Assembly (NCBI GenBank): GCA_963731855.1 | Contig: CAVSXH010000002.1 | Coordinates: 2,747 to 66,746 of the forward strand | Length of the DNA stretch: 64,000 nt | From: an uncultured Alphaproteobacteria bacterium | Lineage (GTDB): Bacteria; Pseudomonadota; Alphaproteobacteria; Rhizobiales; Rhodomicrobiaceae | Direction: 5' to 3' | Shown: piece by piece, positions 1 to 12,223 of the stretch | Layout: each line of letters starts with the position of its first letter | Numbering within the stretch: the first letter of the stretch is position 1 | Translations under genes and position numbers: made by a program | The notes under the pieces: generated by a model | Told to the model about the DNA's origin: nothing | The model's database searches: none | What the model saw: the letters and a program-made list of their open reading frames with translations, nothing else

Positions 1-130
1 GCCGGTGCCGGTGACGATGGTTTCGGCTTTGTACAGATCTTCTGGCTGGGCTCGGCGGCGATTGGGCGGCCGCGATTTGAGGCGCAGCATTGCGGTCGCG
101 AGCAGGATAAGTCCGCGAAAAGCGTATCAT
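1..130 (-). CDS. 5' part of probable DUF2066-like exported protein (runs off window; frameshifted)
   Basis: ATG at 130 after GGGGAA RBS; a shifted frame reads EDLYKAETIVTGTG, resembling the N-terminal motif of alphaproteobacterial DUF2066 proteins. Confidence 0.5.
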   Translation of the reverse strand, partial: MIRFSRTYPARDRNAAPQIAAAQSPPSPARRSVQSRNHRHRHR

Positions 131-147
131 GACTGGTTCCCCTTTTT

Positions 148-1650
148 TCAGCGCCTGTAGCGGCCGCGCAGCACCCGTTCGAGTGATGCGCGGAATGGCG
201 CTGCCCACCGAACGCGCCAGTGATTTGAAGAAGGCGTCGGTGACGTTGTCGCGTCCGGAGCTGGCGAGATGGGCCGCGCGGCTCGCCGCCTCGTCCGCTC
301 CGGCTATCTTCGGCACGCGGAACTCGCCATGCCGTTCGTAGCCGTCATCCGGTTGCGGCGGTGCCCGTGCCCTTGTTCAGCATTTCATGCGCGGACTCAC
401 GATCGAGCGTCTGGTCATAAACTCCCTTGACCGGGCTCGCAGCGATCACCGCGCGCCGTTCCTCCGCCGTCAGCGGGCCGAGCCGCGAGGAAGGCGGGCG
501 GATCAGCGTCGCGCTGCACGACGGACGGCTCGCCCTTGGCTTCCAGCGTCGACACCAGCGCCTCCCCGACGCCCAGTTCCAGGATCACGCGCTCGGCGTC
601 GAACTCCGGATTGGGCCGGAACGTCTGCGCCGCTGCCTTCACCGCCCGCTGCTCGCGCGGCGTATAGGCGCGCAGCGCGTGCTGTATGCGATTGCCGAGC
701 TGGCTGGAAACGCTGTCGGGAACATCGAGCGGGTTCTGCGTGACGAAATAGACGCCGACGCCCTTGGATCGGATCAGCCGGGCGATCCTCTCGATACGCT
801 CAAGCAGCGCTTTCGGCGCTTCCTCGAACAGGAGATGCGCCTCGTCGAAGAAGAAGACGAGCTTGGGCTTGGCCGGATCGCCGACCTCGGGAGCTTCTCG
901 AACAGCGCGCTCAGCAGCCAGAGCAGGAAGCTCGAATAGAGGCGCGGCGTCGTCATCAGCCTGTCGGCGGCGAGGATGCTGATATAGCCGTGGCCTTTTC
1001 CGTCCGTGCGCATCAGATCCTGAATATCGAAGGCGGGCTCGCCGAAAAAATGCGCCGCCGACTGCTCCTCAAGCACCAGCAGGCGCCGCTGGATCGCGCC
1101 GACCGAACTCTTCGAGACATTGCCGTATGTGCGGGAGAGCTCGTCCGCGCGCTCGGCGACATGCGCGATCAGCGACCGCAGATCCCGCAAATCGATGCAG
1201 CGGCAGCTTGCCGTCGTCGGCGACGCGGAAGGCGATGTTGAGAACGCCCTCCTGCACGTCGTTCAGCTCCAAGAGGCGGGAGAGCAGCAGCGCCCCCATC
1301 TCCTTGACCGTAGCGCGGATCGGATGCCCCTGTTCGCCGAACAAATCCCAAAAGATCACCGGAAAGGCCCGATAGCGATAATTCGCCAGGCCGATCTTCG
1401 CGGCGCGCTCCTCCAGGAAAGGCTTGGAGACGCCGGGGGCGGCAAGGCCGGCAAGGTCGCCCTTCACATCGGCGGCGAACACCGGCACGCCCTTCTCCGA
1501 CAGGCCTTCCGCGATGATCTGCAGCGAGACCGTCTTGCCCGTTCCGGTCGCGCCGGTGATGAGCCCGTGCCGGTTGGCCAGACGCAGGAGCAATTGCTCC
1601 TTCTTCTCGCCGGCGCCGAGGAATACCGCGTCTTCCGTGTCGTCGCTCAT
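148..1650 (-). CDS. HerA-like ATPase (DUF853/YjgR family), several frameshifts
   Basis: [16 protein letters not shown] Walker [20 protein letters not shown] motifs split over ORFs 1069-1650, 774-1190 and 415-642; probable stop TGA at 148-150. Confidence 0.85.
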
Positions 1651-1917
1651 TTGATTCGCCCGCCTTCAATACGCGCCGAACTTTGAGCCTGGCAGCACGA
1701 GATTGTTAGCCCGAAGCGCGGCCAATGCCAAATCGAGTGCGGCGATAAATGCCGATTTCTGGGCACAACCGCTCGTTCCGGCACACGTGCCTGTGACATA
1801 TTTTCTTTGCGCTATTGTGCATCAGGCATAAGACTTTTAATTGGCCCGGCCTTGGTCGACTTCGCGCCGCGGGCATCGGGAACTGTCAGACTGACTTAGA
1901 AACAGAAGGAGGGCATT

Positions 1918-2326
1918 GTGAATTATAAGGTTGAGAAGATCGAAGGCGTCGGCGCCAAAATTCGCCGCCAAGCTCGACAAGATTGGCATCAAAAACACCA
2001 AGCAGCTTTTGGACCGGGCCGCGACACGCAAGGGCCGCAAGGACCTCGCAACCGAGAGCGGCATCGACGAAACGCTGCTGCTGAAATGGGCGAATATGTG
2101 CGACCTCATGCGGATCAAGGGCGTAGGCGAGGAGTTCTCCGAACTTCTGGAGATCGCGGGAGTCGATACGGTCAAGGAACTCTCCAAGCGCCGCGCCGAC
2201 AATCTTCGCCAGGCCATGGTGGACGCCAATGAAAAGAAAAAGCTGGTTCGCCAGCTTCCCGGCGTCAGCCAGGTGGAGAACTGGGTGAGCCAGGCGAAAA
2301 CCATCGAGCCGATGATAAAATATTGA
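1918..2326 (+). CDS. DUF4332 domain (HhH) protein, one frameshift near 1960
   Basis: GGAGGG RBS; MNYKVEKIEGVG joined to KFAAKLDKIGI...DLMRIKGVGEEFSELLEIAGVDTVKEL. Confidence 0.8.
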
Positions 2327-2609
2327 GGCTGGCTGGCGGTCCGGACGCGCCAGGCGTCGGGACGCGAGCGCTCGGAAAATGTCGGCCGCGAGCCGAACTG
2401 AATGCGCTTGGCGCATGACCGGTGCCCCGCGACATTTTTCCTCCGACCGACGCGATCATATTCAAATCTCGTTGCGTGTGGCGCGGCTGACGATTAGTTT
2501 TAAAGCGTCGGCGGCGCCTAGCCGGCATTAGGGGAGGGAAACCGGGCGATGACAAAAGTCGCGCGTACTTCTCACCAGGCGCATATCGTCTCATCGAGGA
2601 GTAGTTTAC

Positions 2610-2904
2610 ATGCGTATGTTCGGTAAGGTTTTGGTTTCTGCTGCCGCGCTGGCGTTTGCCGGCAGTTTATCTTTGGGCGCCGTTCAGGCCGCGCCCGTAA
2701 CAGGCAAAGTCGCCGTGTCATCGCAGCTCGATCTCGTCGCGGCCAAGAAGAAGGCTGCGAAGAAGAGCGAAGAAGACCGCTGCCAAGAAGCCGGCGGCCA
2801 AAAAGGCTGCCGCGAAGAAGGGTGGCCCTGGCACCTGCGGCGTCATGAATTACTGGGACAAAAAGACCAGAAAATGCGCCAGCGCAATGACCAAGAAAAT
2901 CTGA
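2610..2904 (+). CDS. Small secreted Lys/Ala-rich protein with C-terminal Cys pair (frameshift near 2770)
   Basis: GAGGAG RBS, signal peptide ending VQA; the shifted frame gives KKTAAKKPAAKKAAAKKGGPGTCGVMNYWDKKTRKCASAMTKKI*. Confidence 0.65.
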
Positions 2905-2926
2905 TTGCGGCAATCTGAGACGCGAG

Positions 2927-2958
2927 GATGGCTGGCTTGGGCGCCGGCCATTCTTTTT
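2927..2958 (+). terminator. Probable rho-independent terminator
   Basis: ATGGCTGGC...GCCGGCCAT stem followed by TCTTTTTT. Confidence 0.55.
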
Positions 2959-3050
2959 GGCTGCCGCTTGCCTTGTGGACCTCTTCGCCGACCCCCATAG
3001 TCCTGGGAATACGACGTTACTGCACACGCCGGAAGTCGAGGAGACGTTTG

Positions 3051-3385
3051 GTGTCCGACAGCGCAGCAGTCCGCGGCAAATTCGCCGCCGCCTGCCTGAA
3101 ATTCCCGATACATGCCTATCGATATACGCTCTCGCCGCTGATCGGGCAGCGCTGCCGCCATCTGCCCACCTGCTCGGAATATGCGCTCGGCGCGATCGAT
3201 CGGAACGGCGCCTGGCGAGGCTTCTGGCTGACCGTCTCCCGCCTCTTGCGCTGCAATCCTTGGGGAACCAGCGGCTTCGATCCGGCGCCCGACATACGCG
3301 GCGAGCATCACCCGTTCTGGGCGGCGTGGCGCTATGGCCGCTGGCGTGCCCGCGACATTGATGGCGCAGGCGGTCCGGGCGATGA
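3051..3385 (+). CDS. yidD: Membrane protein insertion efficiency factor YidD
   Basis: YRYTLSPLIGQRCRHLPTCSEYA...RLLRCNPWG motif; 3' end uncertain because of an indel. Confidence 0.85.
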
Positions 3386-4108
3386 ATGTGCATGTGCCGG
3401 AAAGCGGGCAGCAGGTCGCATCCAAGGCGGAACAGGCGCAAGAGGAACGGGAGCGCGCCTGGCGTCTTGCGGCGCAGTCTGGCTGACGCTGGAACTCGTC
3501 GCGGTGTACGTGCTGACGCCGATCGCGATGTACAGCCTGCTATATCAATACCGCGTTCCGCTTTTCAACTGCTGCCGCCGGTTTTCGCCACCTTCATTCT
3601 CTTTGACGCTGGACCGCAGCTTCTCCTGGCGCATGGCGCTGAAGCGAGGGATTAGCCTGCGCGAGCTGGCGAGCATCTCGCCATTTTCGCCGTTGCCGGT
3701 CCGGCCATCGCGCTGTTCGCCTATCATGACCGGCCCGAGAGCTTCCTGCGCTTTCCGCGCTATTCCTATAATACCTGGATCATCGTCATGATCCTTTATC
3801 CGTTGGTTTCCGTCACCGCGCAGGAGGTCATGTACCGGGTCTTCTTCTTTCACCGCTACCGGGTGCTGTTCGCGGGCGATCCGCAGGCCGGCATCGTCCT
3901 CAACGCCGTGCTGTTTTCCTTCAGCCACATCATCTTCCAGAACGTCACCACACTGATCATCAGCTTTCTCGGCGGCCTGCTGTTTGCCTGGCGCTACCAA
4001 AGCTCGCGCTCCTACTGGGCGCTGGTGCTTGAACATGCGCTCTACGGCAATCTGATTTTTACGGTCGGGCTCGGGCGCTACTTCTATACCGGCGTATCGA
4101 ATTTCTAG
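3382..4108 (+). CDS. CPBP/Abi (CAAX) family intramembrane protease, frameshifted
   Basis: QEVMYR, FSFSH and EHALYGN motifs in a hydrophobic protein; N-terminal part split across frames. Confidence 0.75.
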
Positions 4109-4265
4109 TGAGAGATCGCTGGCGGTGGTCGGCATTTTGTGTGCTGCCATTCGGCAACAGCTGCAGAGAGTTCACACCGTCATCGCCTGTTGCGCGCCAT
4201 TTGGTCGCCCATATGGTGCATCGCGGCATAGTGTTCGGTTGCACCGCCACTGGGGAGAAGAGATC

Positions 4266-5427
4266 ATGAGAGCAAGACACGCCGCCCTTGTTCTGCTGGC
4301 GTTGTGGATTGGCGCGCTCGCTGCTGCTCCCGCCGCGGCGCAGCAGCCGCAAGCCATTCCGGTGACCGTGGCAAAGCCGATCGCCAAGCGCATCACAACA
4401 TGGGACGAATATTCCGGCCGCTTCGAAGCCGTCAACACCGCCGAAGTGCGCCCGCGCGTCTCCGGCTTCATCGAGAAGATCCATTTCAAGGACGGCCAAC
4501 TGGTCAAGGAGGGCGACCTGCTCTTCACGCTGGATAAGCGCGCCTATGAACTCGCCGTGGCAAGCACCAAGGCGGATGTCGCGCGCACCGAAGCGCAGCT
4601 CGAATTCAACGCGGCCGATGTCGGTCGCGCCGAGCCGCTGGCAAAATCAGGCGCGATCAGCGACCAGAGCTTCGATCAGCGCAGAGCCAATCTCTCGATC
4701 GCCCGCGCCCAGCTTCAGGCCGCGCAGGCCGCGCTAAAGACCGCCGAGCTCAATCTGGAATGGACCGATGTGCGCGCGCCCGATCAGCGGCCGGATCTCG
4801 GACCGCAAGGTTGACGTCGGCAATCTCGTCGCGGGCGGCCAGGCTGCTTCGACCACGCTGCTGTCCACCATCGTCTCGCTCGATCCCAATCCATTTCCTG
4901 TTCGACGTGTCCGAGGCCGATTTCCTCCGCTATGCCCGTCTGATTCATGTCCGGCGACCGCGGCTCCTCGCGCGATGTCAACAATCCCGTGCGCATCAGG
5001 CTGGCGGACGAGGACCCAAGTTTGGGCATGAAGGCCGCATGGACTTCGTCGACAATCAGCTCAACTCCCGGTCGGGTACGCTGCGCGGCCGCGCGCGTTG
5101 TCGATAATAAGGGAGATTTGCTCCAGCCCGGCTTGTTCGGCCGGCTTCAGCTTTTCGGCGGCGAGGTCGACGGGCTGCTGATCCCGGATAATGCCGTCGT
5201 GTCCGATCAGGCGAAGGAAGATCGTTTTCGTCGTCGGCGAAGATAATGTCGTGAAGCCGGCGCCGATTGTGCTCGGACCGATCGTCGAGGGCCTGCGCGT
5301 CGTCAAGCAGCGGTCTGCGTGCCGAGGATCAGATCATCATCGAAGGGATGGCCAATCCGGCGGTCCGGCCAGGGCGTCAAAGTTGATGCCGAAGCCCGGC
5401 CAGATCCGAGGCCGCATCGCTCAATAG
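4266..5427 (+). CDS. RND efflux periplasmic adaptor (MFP), frameshifted
   Basis: Signal peptide, WDEYSGRFEAV, EVRPRVSGFI, GRMDFVDNQL, LLQPGLFGR segments across frames. Confidence 0.9.
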
Positions 5428-5465
5428 AGCTTGACGTCGCTGCATTCAAATCGGGCGCACATCCC

Positions 5466-8400
5466 ATGCCTTTTTCCCGCTTCTTCATCGACCGGCCGAT
5501 TTTCGCGACCGTCCTGGCGCTGATCATCACCATCATCGGCATCATCGCGCAGCAGGCCCTGCCGATCGCGGAATATCCCGAGATCGCGCCGCCGACCGTC
5601 AATATCCGGGCGACCTACCAGGGTGCGTCCGCCGACGTGATCGCGGAGACCGTCGCCGCTCCGATCGAGCAGGAGGTGAACGGCGTCGACAACATGCTCT
5701 ACATCGTGTCGCAATCGACCGGCGACGGGAACCTCTCGATAAGCGTGGTTTTCAAGCCCGGCACGAATATCGATCAGGCCCAGGTCCTCGTGCAAAACCG
5801 CGTGTCGGTGGCCGAGCCGCGCCTGCCGGAAGCGGTGCGGCGCCTCGGGCGTTTCCGTGCTCAAATCCTCGCCCGACCTGATGATGGTCGTGCATATGAT
5901 CTCGCCGGACGGCTCGCGCGATCAGCAATATATCTCGAACTATGCAACGCTCTATGTGAAGGACGTGCTGACCCGCGTCGATGGCGTCGGCAACGTCCTG
6001 GTTTTCGGTGCGCGCGACTATTCAATGCGCGTGTGGCTCGATCCTGACCGCGTCGCGGCGCGTGGCATGACCGCAGGCGAGGTGGTCACCGCGCTGCAGG
6101 CGGCGAATTTACAGGTGGCTGCGGGCTCAATCAATCAGGCTCCGGCCTCCTCTCCGGGCGCGTTTACGCTTTCCGTCCAGACGCTGGGCCGTCTTTCATC
6201 CCCGGAGCAATTCGGGGACATCGTGCTGCGCTCCAGCAATGACGGCGAGGTCGTCCGGCTCCGCGACGTCGCGCGCGTGGAGCTTGGCGCGCAGGATTAT
6301 AACCTCAACGCCTATCTGAACAACAAGACAGCGACCGCGATCGGCATCTTCCAGAGGCCCGGCTCGAACGCTTTGGCGACCTCGAACGCGATCCTTGCCG
6401 AGATGAACCGCTTGGCGCAGGACTTCCCTCCGGGCGTCGCCTACTCCGTGGTCTACAATCCGACTGAGTTCATCCGGTCCTCCGTGGAGGCCGTGATCGT
6501 GACCCTGGGGGAAGCCATCATCCTCGTGGCGCTTGTGGTCATCCTGTTCCTGCAGACATGGCGCGCGGCGATCATCCCGATCCTGGCCATTCCCGTTTCG
6601 CTCGTCGGCACCTTTACGGTCATGGCAGCCGTGGGCATTTCGTTCAACACGCTGTCGCTCTTCGGCCTCGTGCTCGCCATCGGTATCGTCGTCGACGACG
6701 CCATCGTCGTGGTGGAGAGCGTCGAGCGCCATCTGCGTGAGGGCATCAGTCCGCCGAAGCGGCCCGCAAGACGATGGACGAAGTGGGCTTTGCCCTTATC
6801 GCCATTGCGCTTGTTCTGATCGCCGTGTTCCTGCCGACCGCATTCATCTCCGGTCTCCAAGGCTCCTTCTACAAGCAGTTCGCCATCACCATCGCGGCGT
6901 CCACCGCAATATCGGCGATCGTGTCGCTGACCCTGTCGCCCGCCCTGGCGGCCCTGCTGCTCAAGCCGCATGATGCCGAGCCGCCGAAACGCGGTCTTCT
7001 CTACCGGCTGGGAGCGCCCGTCCGCGGCTTCTTCAAGGGGTTCAACTGGCTGTTCGAGCGTTTTTCGTCGGGCTATGGGTACATGACGGCGCGCCTCATT
7101 CGTTTCGGCCTCATCATGATCCTCGTCTATGCCGGGTTGCTCTTCGTGACCTACCGCTATCTGGTCACGACGCCGACCGGCCTCGTCCCGCAGCTCGACC
7201 GGGGCTATTTCATCACCGTTTTCACCTTGCCGCCGGGCTCGACGCTCGACCGCACCGATGCCGTCATCCGCAAGGCCAGCGACATCATCACCTCGCGGCC
7301 CGGTGTGAAGGATGCCGTCGCCTTCGTCGGCCTCGACGGCGCGACTTTCACCAATGCGCCCAATGCCGGAGTGATCTTCGTCACCCTCGACGCCCTTCGA
7401 GGATCGCGAGAAGGCGGGCGTAACGAAGGACGCCATTCTCGCCGACCTCCGGCAGCAGATGTTCGCACTCAGCGAAGCCTTCGTCTTCGTGATCGAGCCG
7501 CCTTCGGTGCCGGGCATCGGCACGGGCGGCGGCCTCAAGGGCTATGTGCAGGACCGCGCCGGACGCGGACTTCCCGCGTTAGAGGGTGCGACCTGGACCA
7601 TTGCCGGCAACGCGATGCAGACGCCGGGCTTTACCCAGGCCTTCACCCTGTTCAACACGCGCACCCCGCAGATCTACGCCGATATCGACCGCACCAAGGC
7701 CGAGCAGCTCGGCGTACCGATCAGCCGCGTATTCGAGGCCCTGTCCGTCTATATGGGTTCCGCTTTCGTCAACGACTTCAACATCCTCGGCCGCACCTAC
7801 CGGGTGACGGCGCAGGCCGACAATCCCTATCGACTCTCCTTGCGCGACGTGTCCAACCTCAAGACCCGCAGCTCCAGCGGCGACATGGTGCCGATCGGCT
7901 CGGTTGCGACCTTCAGCAATACGACCGGTCCCTATCGTGTGCCGCGCTACAATCTCTATCCGGCGGCGGAAGTTCAGGTCGCCCTGGCACCGGGCTTCTC
8001 CTCCGGCCAGGGCATCGCCGCCATCGAGAAGCTGGCGGCCGAGCGGCTGCCGAGCGGCTTCGGCTTCGAGTGGACGGAGATCGCGCTGCAGGAGAAGCTC
8101 GCCGGATCGACCGCCTTCATCGCCTTCGGCCTCGGCGTGCTGTTCGTGTTCCTGCTGCTGTCGGCCCTCTATGAGAGCTGGCTGCTGCCGCTCGCAGTCA
8201 TTCTCATCGTGCCGATGTGCATCCTCGCCGCGATGATCGGCGTGACGCTCCGAGGTCTCGACAGGAACGTGCTGGTGGAGATCGGCCTCGTCGTGCTGGT
8301 CGGTCTCGCGGCCAAGAACGCCATCCTGATCGTGGAATTCGCCAAGCAGGCGCAGGATGCCGGCATGTCGCGTTTCGATGCCGCGGTGGAAGCCGCGCGG

Positions 8401-8691
8401 ACCCGGCTGCGGCCGATCGTGATGACCTCGCTCGCCTTCATTCTCGGCGTGGTGCCCCTGGTGTTCGCCAGCGGCGCCGGCGCCGAAATGCGCCAGTCGC
8501 TGGGCACTGCCGTGTTCGCGGGCATGATCGGCGTGACGCTGTTCGGGCTGGTCTTTACGCCGATCTTCTATGTGCTGTCACGCAGCGTCATTGCGAGCGA
8601 CGGACCGCTCGCCGGCATCAGACACCGGCTTGGCTTTGGCCGGCCTCCGGCTGTGACCCTACCCGGGGCCGCCGCAGCTCCTGGCGAGTGA
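5466..8691 (+). CDS. HAE1-family RND efflux permease (AcrB/MexF-like), frameshifted
   Basis: FFIDRPIFA, YPEIAPP, GIVVDDAIVVVE, AKNAILIVEFA, RLRPIVMTS motifs; three indels. Confidence 0.92.
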
Positions 8692-8725
8692 GCCTGGAGC
8701 CCGATCGGGAGATCGTCAGAAATTC

Positions 8726-9560
8726 ATGCAGACCGCATTGCTCGACCCCTCGCACATTGCGGTCTTTTCCGTCTCGCTGATCATTGCCGGCGCGTTTGCC
8801 GGCTTCATCGCCGGTCTGCTGGGCGTCGGCGGCGGCATCATCGTCGTGCCGGCGCTGTTCTTCATCCTCGGCGCACTCGGTGTGGGCGAAGCCGTCCGCA
8901 TGCATGTCGCGGTCGGAACCTCGCTTGCCACCATCATCGTGACATCGCTAATTTCTGCCCGCTCGCATGCGGCGCGCGGCGCCCTCGACATGGCGCTGCT
9001 CCGGCAATGGACGCCGGGCATCATTCTCGGCTCCGCCGCCGGTTCCACCGCTTGCACTCATGATGGACGGCCGGTCGCTGACCGGGCTGTTCGCGACAAT
9101 CGCCTTGGCCATGGCACTGCAAATGCTCTTTGGCAACCCGGATTGGCGCGTGGCGGACGAGCCTCCCCGCGGGCTTACGGCGCAGGCGATCGCCGCGATG
9201 ATTGGCGCGATATCGGCGCTGATGGGGATCGGCGGCGGCGCGATGAGCATTCTGGCCCTGTCGCTATACGGCTATCCGATCCGCCTCGCGGTCGGCACGG
9301 CCGCCGCCATCGGTTCGCTCCTTGCGGTCCCCGGCACCATCGGCTTCATTATCGGCGGATGGGGCGAACCCGAATTGCCGCCGTTCTCGCTGGGCTATGT
9401 CAATCTGCTCGCCGCGCTGCTGATCCTGCCGACCTCGATGCTGTTCGCCCCGCTCGGCGCGAAAGCGGCGCATGCCTTACCCATGCGCACGTTGAAGCTC
9501 GCTTTCGCCATCTTCCTTGCCGCGACCTCAATCAGGATGTTTGTCTCGATCCTCGGCTGA
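8726..9560 (+). CDS. TauE/SafE (TSUP) family membrane protein, one frameshift
   Basis: AGLLGVGGGIIVVP, AVGTSLA, LMGIGGG, SLGYVN motifs. Confidence 0.85.
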
Positions 9561-9573
9561 GCGTCGGCGGCCG

Positions 9574-11121
9574 TCACCCTTTCACCCAGACCTCAACCCG
9601 GCGGTTCCTGGCGCGGCCCTCCTCCGTATTGTTGCAATCCACCGGCATGATTTCGCCATAGGCTCTCACAACAATCCGCGCGGCATCTATCGCCCCGCCC
9701 CCGGCGGCCACCACCGCCTCCCGCACGCCGGAAGCCCTGAGAAGCGATACGGCCCTGTTGCTGGCGAACGGACCGGTTGAATCCGCAAAGCCGATCAGCA
9801 TGATCTGCTTGCCCTTCATTTCATCGCTTCGCAGATACCGGGCAAGGCGCTGCACATCCTCCTTTGACTTCAGCTCCAACTCGCCCAAATTCTTTTCGAA
9901 GCGAAAGGTCACGGACAGGCGCTTGGCGTTCTGGAGCAATGCGGTAAGCTCCTTGAGCAGCCCCATGTCGAAATCCTCCGGCGGCGCCGTGAGCGCCAGG
10001 GCGATACGGTCGCCCTGCTGGGTGAACGGCAAAGTGCTGATCGATTGAGAAATGAAGCCGGTATCGGTAACAACTTGTTGCGCGGCGTCCGACACGGCAT
10101 AGTCAAGCAGCGATTTGGCCAGGGCCGATTTCATTTTATCGGAGCTGTACAAATAGAGACGGCGGGCGAGAGCGTACTCCTCTGTCTTCACATTGAATTC
10201 GCTCGGTTCGTAGCTTATGCCGCATGTGCTGCGGATAGCGATCGGTTTGGCATTGCGCGCATAGGCGAACCCAGCGAAGCCGATGCCGTTCGGATCGCGC
10301 GCGACGCTGTCCGACAGCTCGACGGAGGATTCCAGCCGGCTGGCCTTCTCGGAGAGCTTTAGCTTGGCGGGCGTCAAAACCAGCGTGTTGAACGTGTCGT
10401 AAGTGCCGGACTTCGCATCTCGGGCATAAAGTTTGATTTCGCCCGGCGCGCGGCCTACTTGGCTCCAATCCGTGATCTGGCCGGCAAAGATTTTGGAGAT
10501 CTGGTCCAGCGTGAGTTCGCCGACCGGGTTGGTTGGCGAAACGAAGAGCAGAATGCCATCCAAGGCGAGGACATTCGCCCGCGCCGACACGCTCGCGTCG
10601 CTGAGGATCTTCGCCTCTTCGGCCTTGATCGGACGTGAAGAAGCGCCAATGTCGGCGGTGCCGTTCGCCAATGCGGGAAAGGCGGTGCCCGACCCATGCG
10701 ATCGCAGATCGGCGGAGCCTAACCGCTTGCCATCGGCGGCCAAAAAGTCGATTCCCAATTCCTCGGCCTTCGCGCCGACACGCGTTTCGACGCGGATCTG
10801 CCTTTGCGCGGCGTAGCCCCGAATAAGTGCGGGCGTGAGCGCCTCACCGATGGTATTGGAGCCATGGATGGCGAATGCGTCATCCGGGACAAGCTGCCCA
10901 CAGCCTGGGCCCGTGCAATCGAAACGCTTCGGCTCCAGCATGATGACCCCGAATGAGGGCGAAGCGACCATCGCCGAATTGCCGTCCGTGCTCAGAAGAT
11001 CGCCCTTCACCACCAGTTCGCCGCTGCGCAGGCGGAACTCTACTGGCTCGGATAGGGCGGAGGAAGCAACGAAGGCGGCGGTGAGCGCCCCAAGAAACAT
11101 CCCGACAAGCGTAACTCTCAT
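9574..11121 (-). CDS. PstS-like substrate-binding domain fused to C-terminal OmpA domain
   Basis: Signal peptide; IHGSNTIG, GSGTAF, SGTYDTF (PBP); GFADSTG...N..VS..RA, NRRVEV (OmpA). Confidence 0.88.
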   Translation of the reverse strand: MRVTLVGMFLGALTAAFVASSALSEPVEFRLRSGELVVKGDLLSTDGNSAMVASPSFGVIMLEPKRFDCTGPGCGQLVPDDAFAIHGSNTIGEALTPALIRGYAAQRQIRVETRVGAKAEELGIDFLAADGKRLGSADLRSHGSGTAFPALANGTADIGASSRPIKAEEAKILSDASVSARANVLALDGILLFVSPTNPVGELTLDQISKIFAGQITDWSQVGRAPGEIKLYARDAKSGTYDTFNTLVLTPAKLKLSEKASRLESSVELSDSVARDPNGIGFAGFAYARNAKPIAIRSTCGISYEPSEFNVKTEEYALARRLYLYSSDKMKSALAKSLLDYAVSDAAQQVVTDTGFISQSISTLPFTQQGDRIALALTAPPEDFDMGLLKELTALLQNAKRLSVTFRFEKNLGELELKSKEDVQRLARYLRSDEMKGKQIMLIGFADSTGPFASNRAVSLLRASGVREAVVAAGGGAIDAARIVVRAYGEIMPVDCNNTEEGRARNRRVEVWVKG

Positions 11122-11142
11122 CGACCGTCATTCCTTTGTGGA

Positions 11143-12066
11143 TCAGTTTCTTACAAAGATTTCTGGGACCGTTTTATGATTATACCGATCCAAGCCGCTG
11201 AGCTGTATGGAGCAGTCGAGGGAAGCGAATTTGGCAAAAAAGCGCTTTGCGGCACCATTGCGCTCCAACAGAACCGCTTCATATTCAACGTCGGCATATA
11301 GACCGGTGCCGCAGGTTTCCGGATCACGCGGTCCTTTTGCCCGGCTCTCATAGTCGAGCGCCATATTGATGACGCCGTTTTTCTGGCCTGGCTGATGCCA
11401 GAATGTATAAACCTCAAGCTTGGTACCGTTCTCCTTGCCCGTGCTGGAGGTGGTTATAAAACCGTGGCCGCGCCTGTCCAGCGCGACGCGTTTTGCAATG
11501 TCGACTTCTGATAAGGGCGATCCCTCCCACACATCGCCTTGGGAACCCGGCGCTGCCGCATATTCGAAAGCGTGAAGGTCCAAATTGACCGGAGCCTTCC
11601 AGCTCACCGCCAGTTTCGTGACCTTGTCGAGATCGAGCGCGGTGAGTTTCTTGCTGAGCCGGCTGCCATCGGCAAAGACGAATTCGACCGGCACGGCGTC
11701 TCCGGCGATGCAATCGAGAATGAAGTCCAGCCTCCCATTTTCGTCGATGTTGCGCACGAACTCCATGCCCGCATAGCGTATGCGCATAGTTTGAAATCTG
11801 CGGCACTCGGAATCCACCACCAGTTCCGCGCGTCCGGCGTGCATAGGGACAAGACTGATGCGCGGAGCGGCGCAGGCGGGGAGCACTTCACCGGCTGGGG
11901 TAAGCGCAGCGGCAGTGTCTGGCGTGGGGCGCACATTCTGTTTGGAAGGGAGGGTCGATTGCGCGGCCGGCTGGACGCTCTCGGCGAAAGCTGAGGTCAG
12001 AGGACCGGCAGCAATTCCATAGAGCACATATGCGCCCAATGTCATTGCTGCCGCCCCGGTAGCCAC
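11143..12066 (-). CDS. Hypothetical exported Cys-containing protein, co-oriented upstream of PstS-OmpA
   Basis: Intact 307 aa ORF with hydrophobic N-terminus, 21 bp from the downstream gene; WKAPVNLDLHAFEY motif. Confidence 0.7.
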   Translation of the reverse strand: MATGAAAMTLGAYVLYGIAAGPLTSAFAESVQPAAQSTLPSKQNVRPTPDTAAALTPAGEVLPACAAPRISLVPMHAGRAELVVDSECRRFQTMRIRYAGMEFVRNIDENGRLDFILDCIAGDAVPVEFVFADGSRLSKKLTALDLDKVTKLAVSWKAPVNLDLHAFEYAAAPGSQGDVWEGSPLSEVDIAKRVALDRRGHGFITTSSTGKENGTKLEVYTFWHQPGQKNGVINMALDYESRAKGPRDPETCGTGLYADVEYEAVLLERNGAAKRFFAKFASLDCSIQLSGLDRYNHKTVPEIFVRN

Positions 12067-12223
12067 CTGTCGGATATCCCACGCCGATGTCTGAATTTAC
12101 GATGCAATTACGCACAGCATATTGACATTCGTGTGAAACGCGCAATTCCTCACGGCCACCCGCTTCCGTGCGGCCCCTGTCTCCGCGATCGCAACGCCGT
12201 CATTAGCGAATTATTGTATCAGC

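Noticed and set aside
2928-3791. Apparent YidD-CPBP protease fusion ORF
   Set aside because: It lies in the indel-rich zone; the CPBP gene has its own ATG at 3382 and switches frame repeatedly, so the join is probably artefactual.
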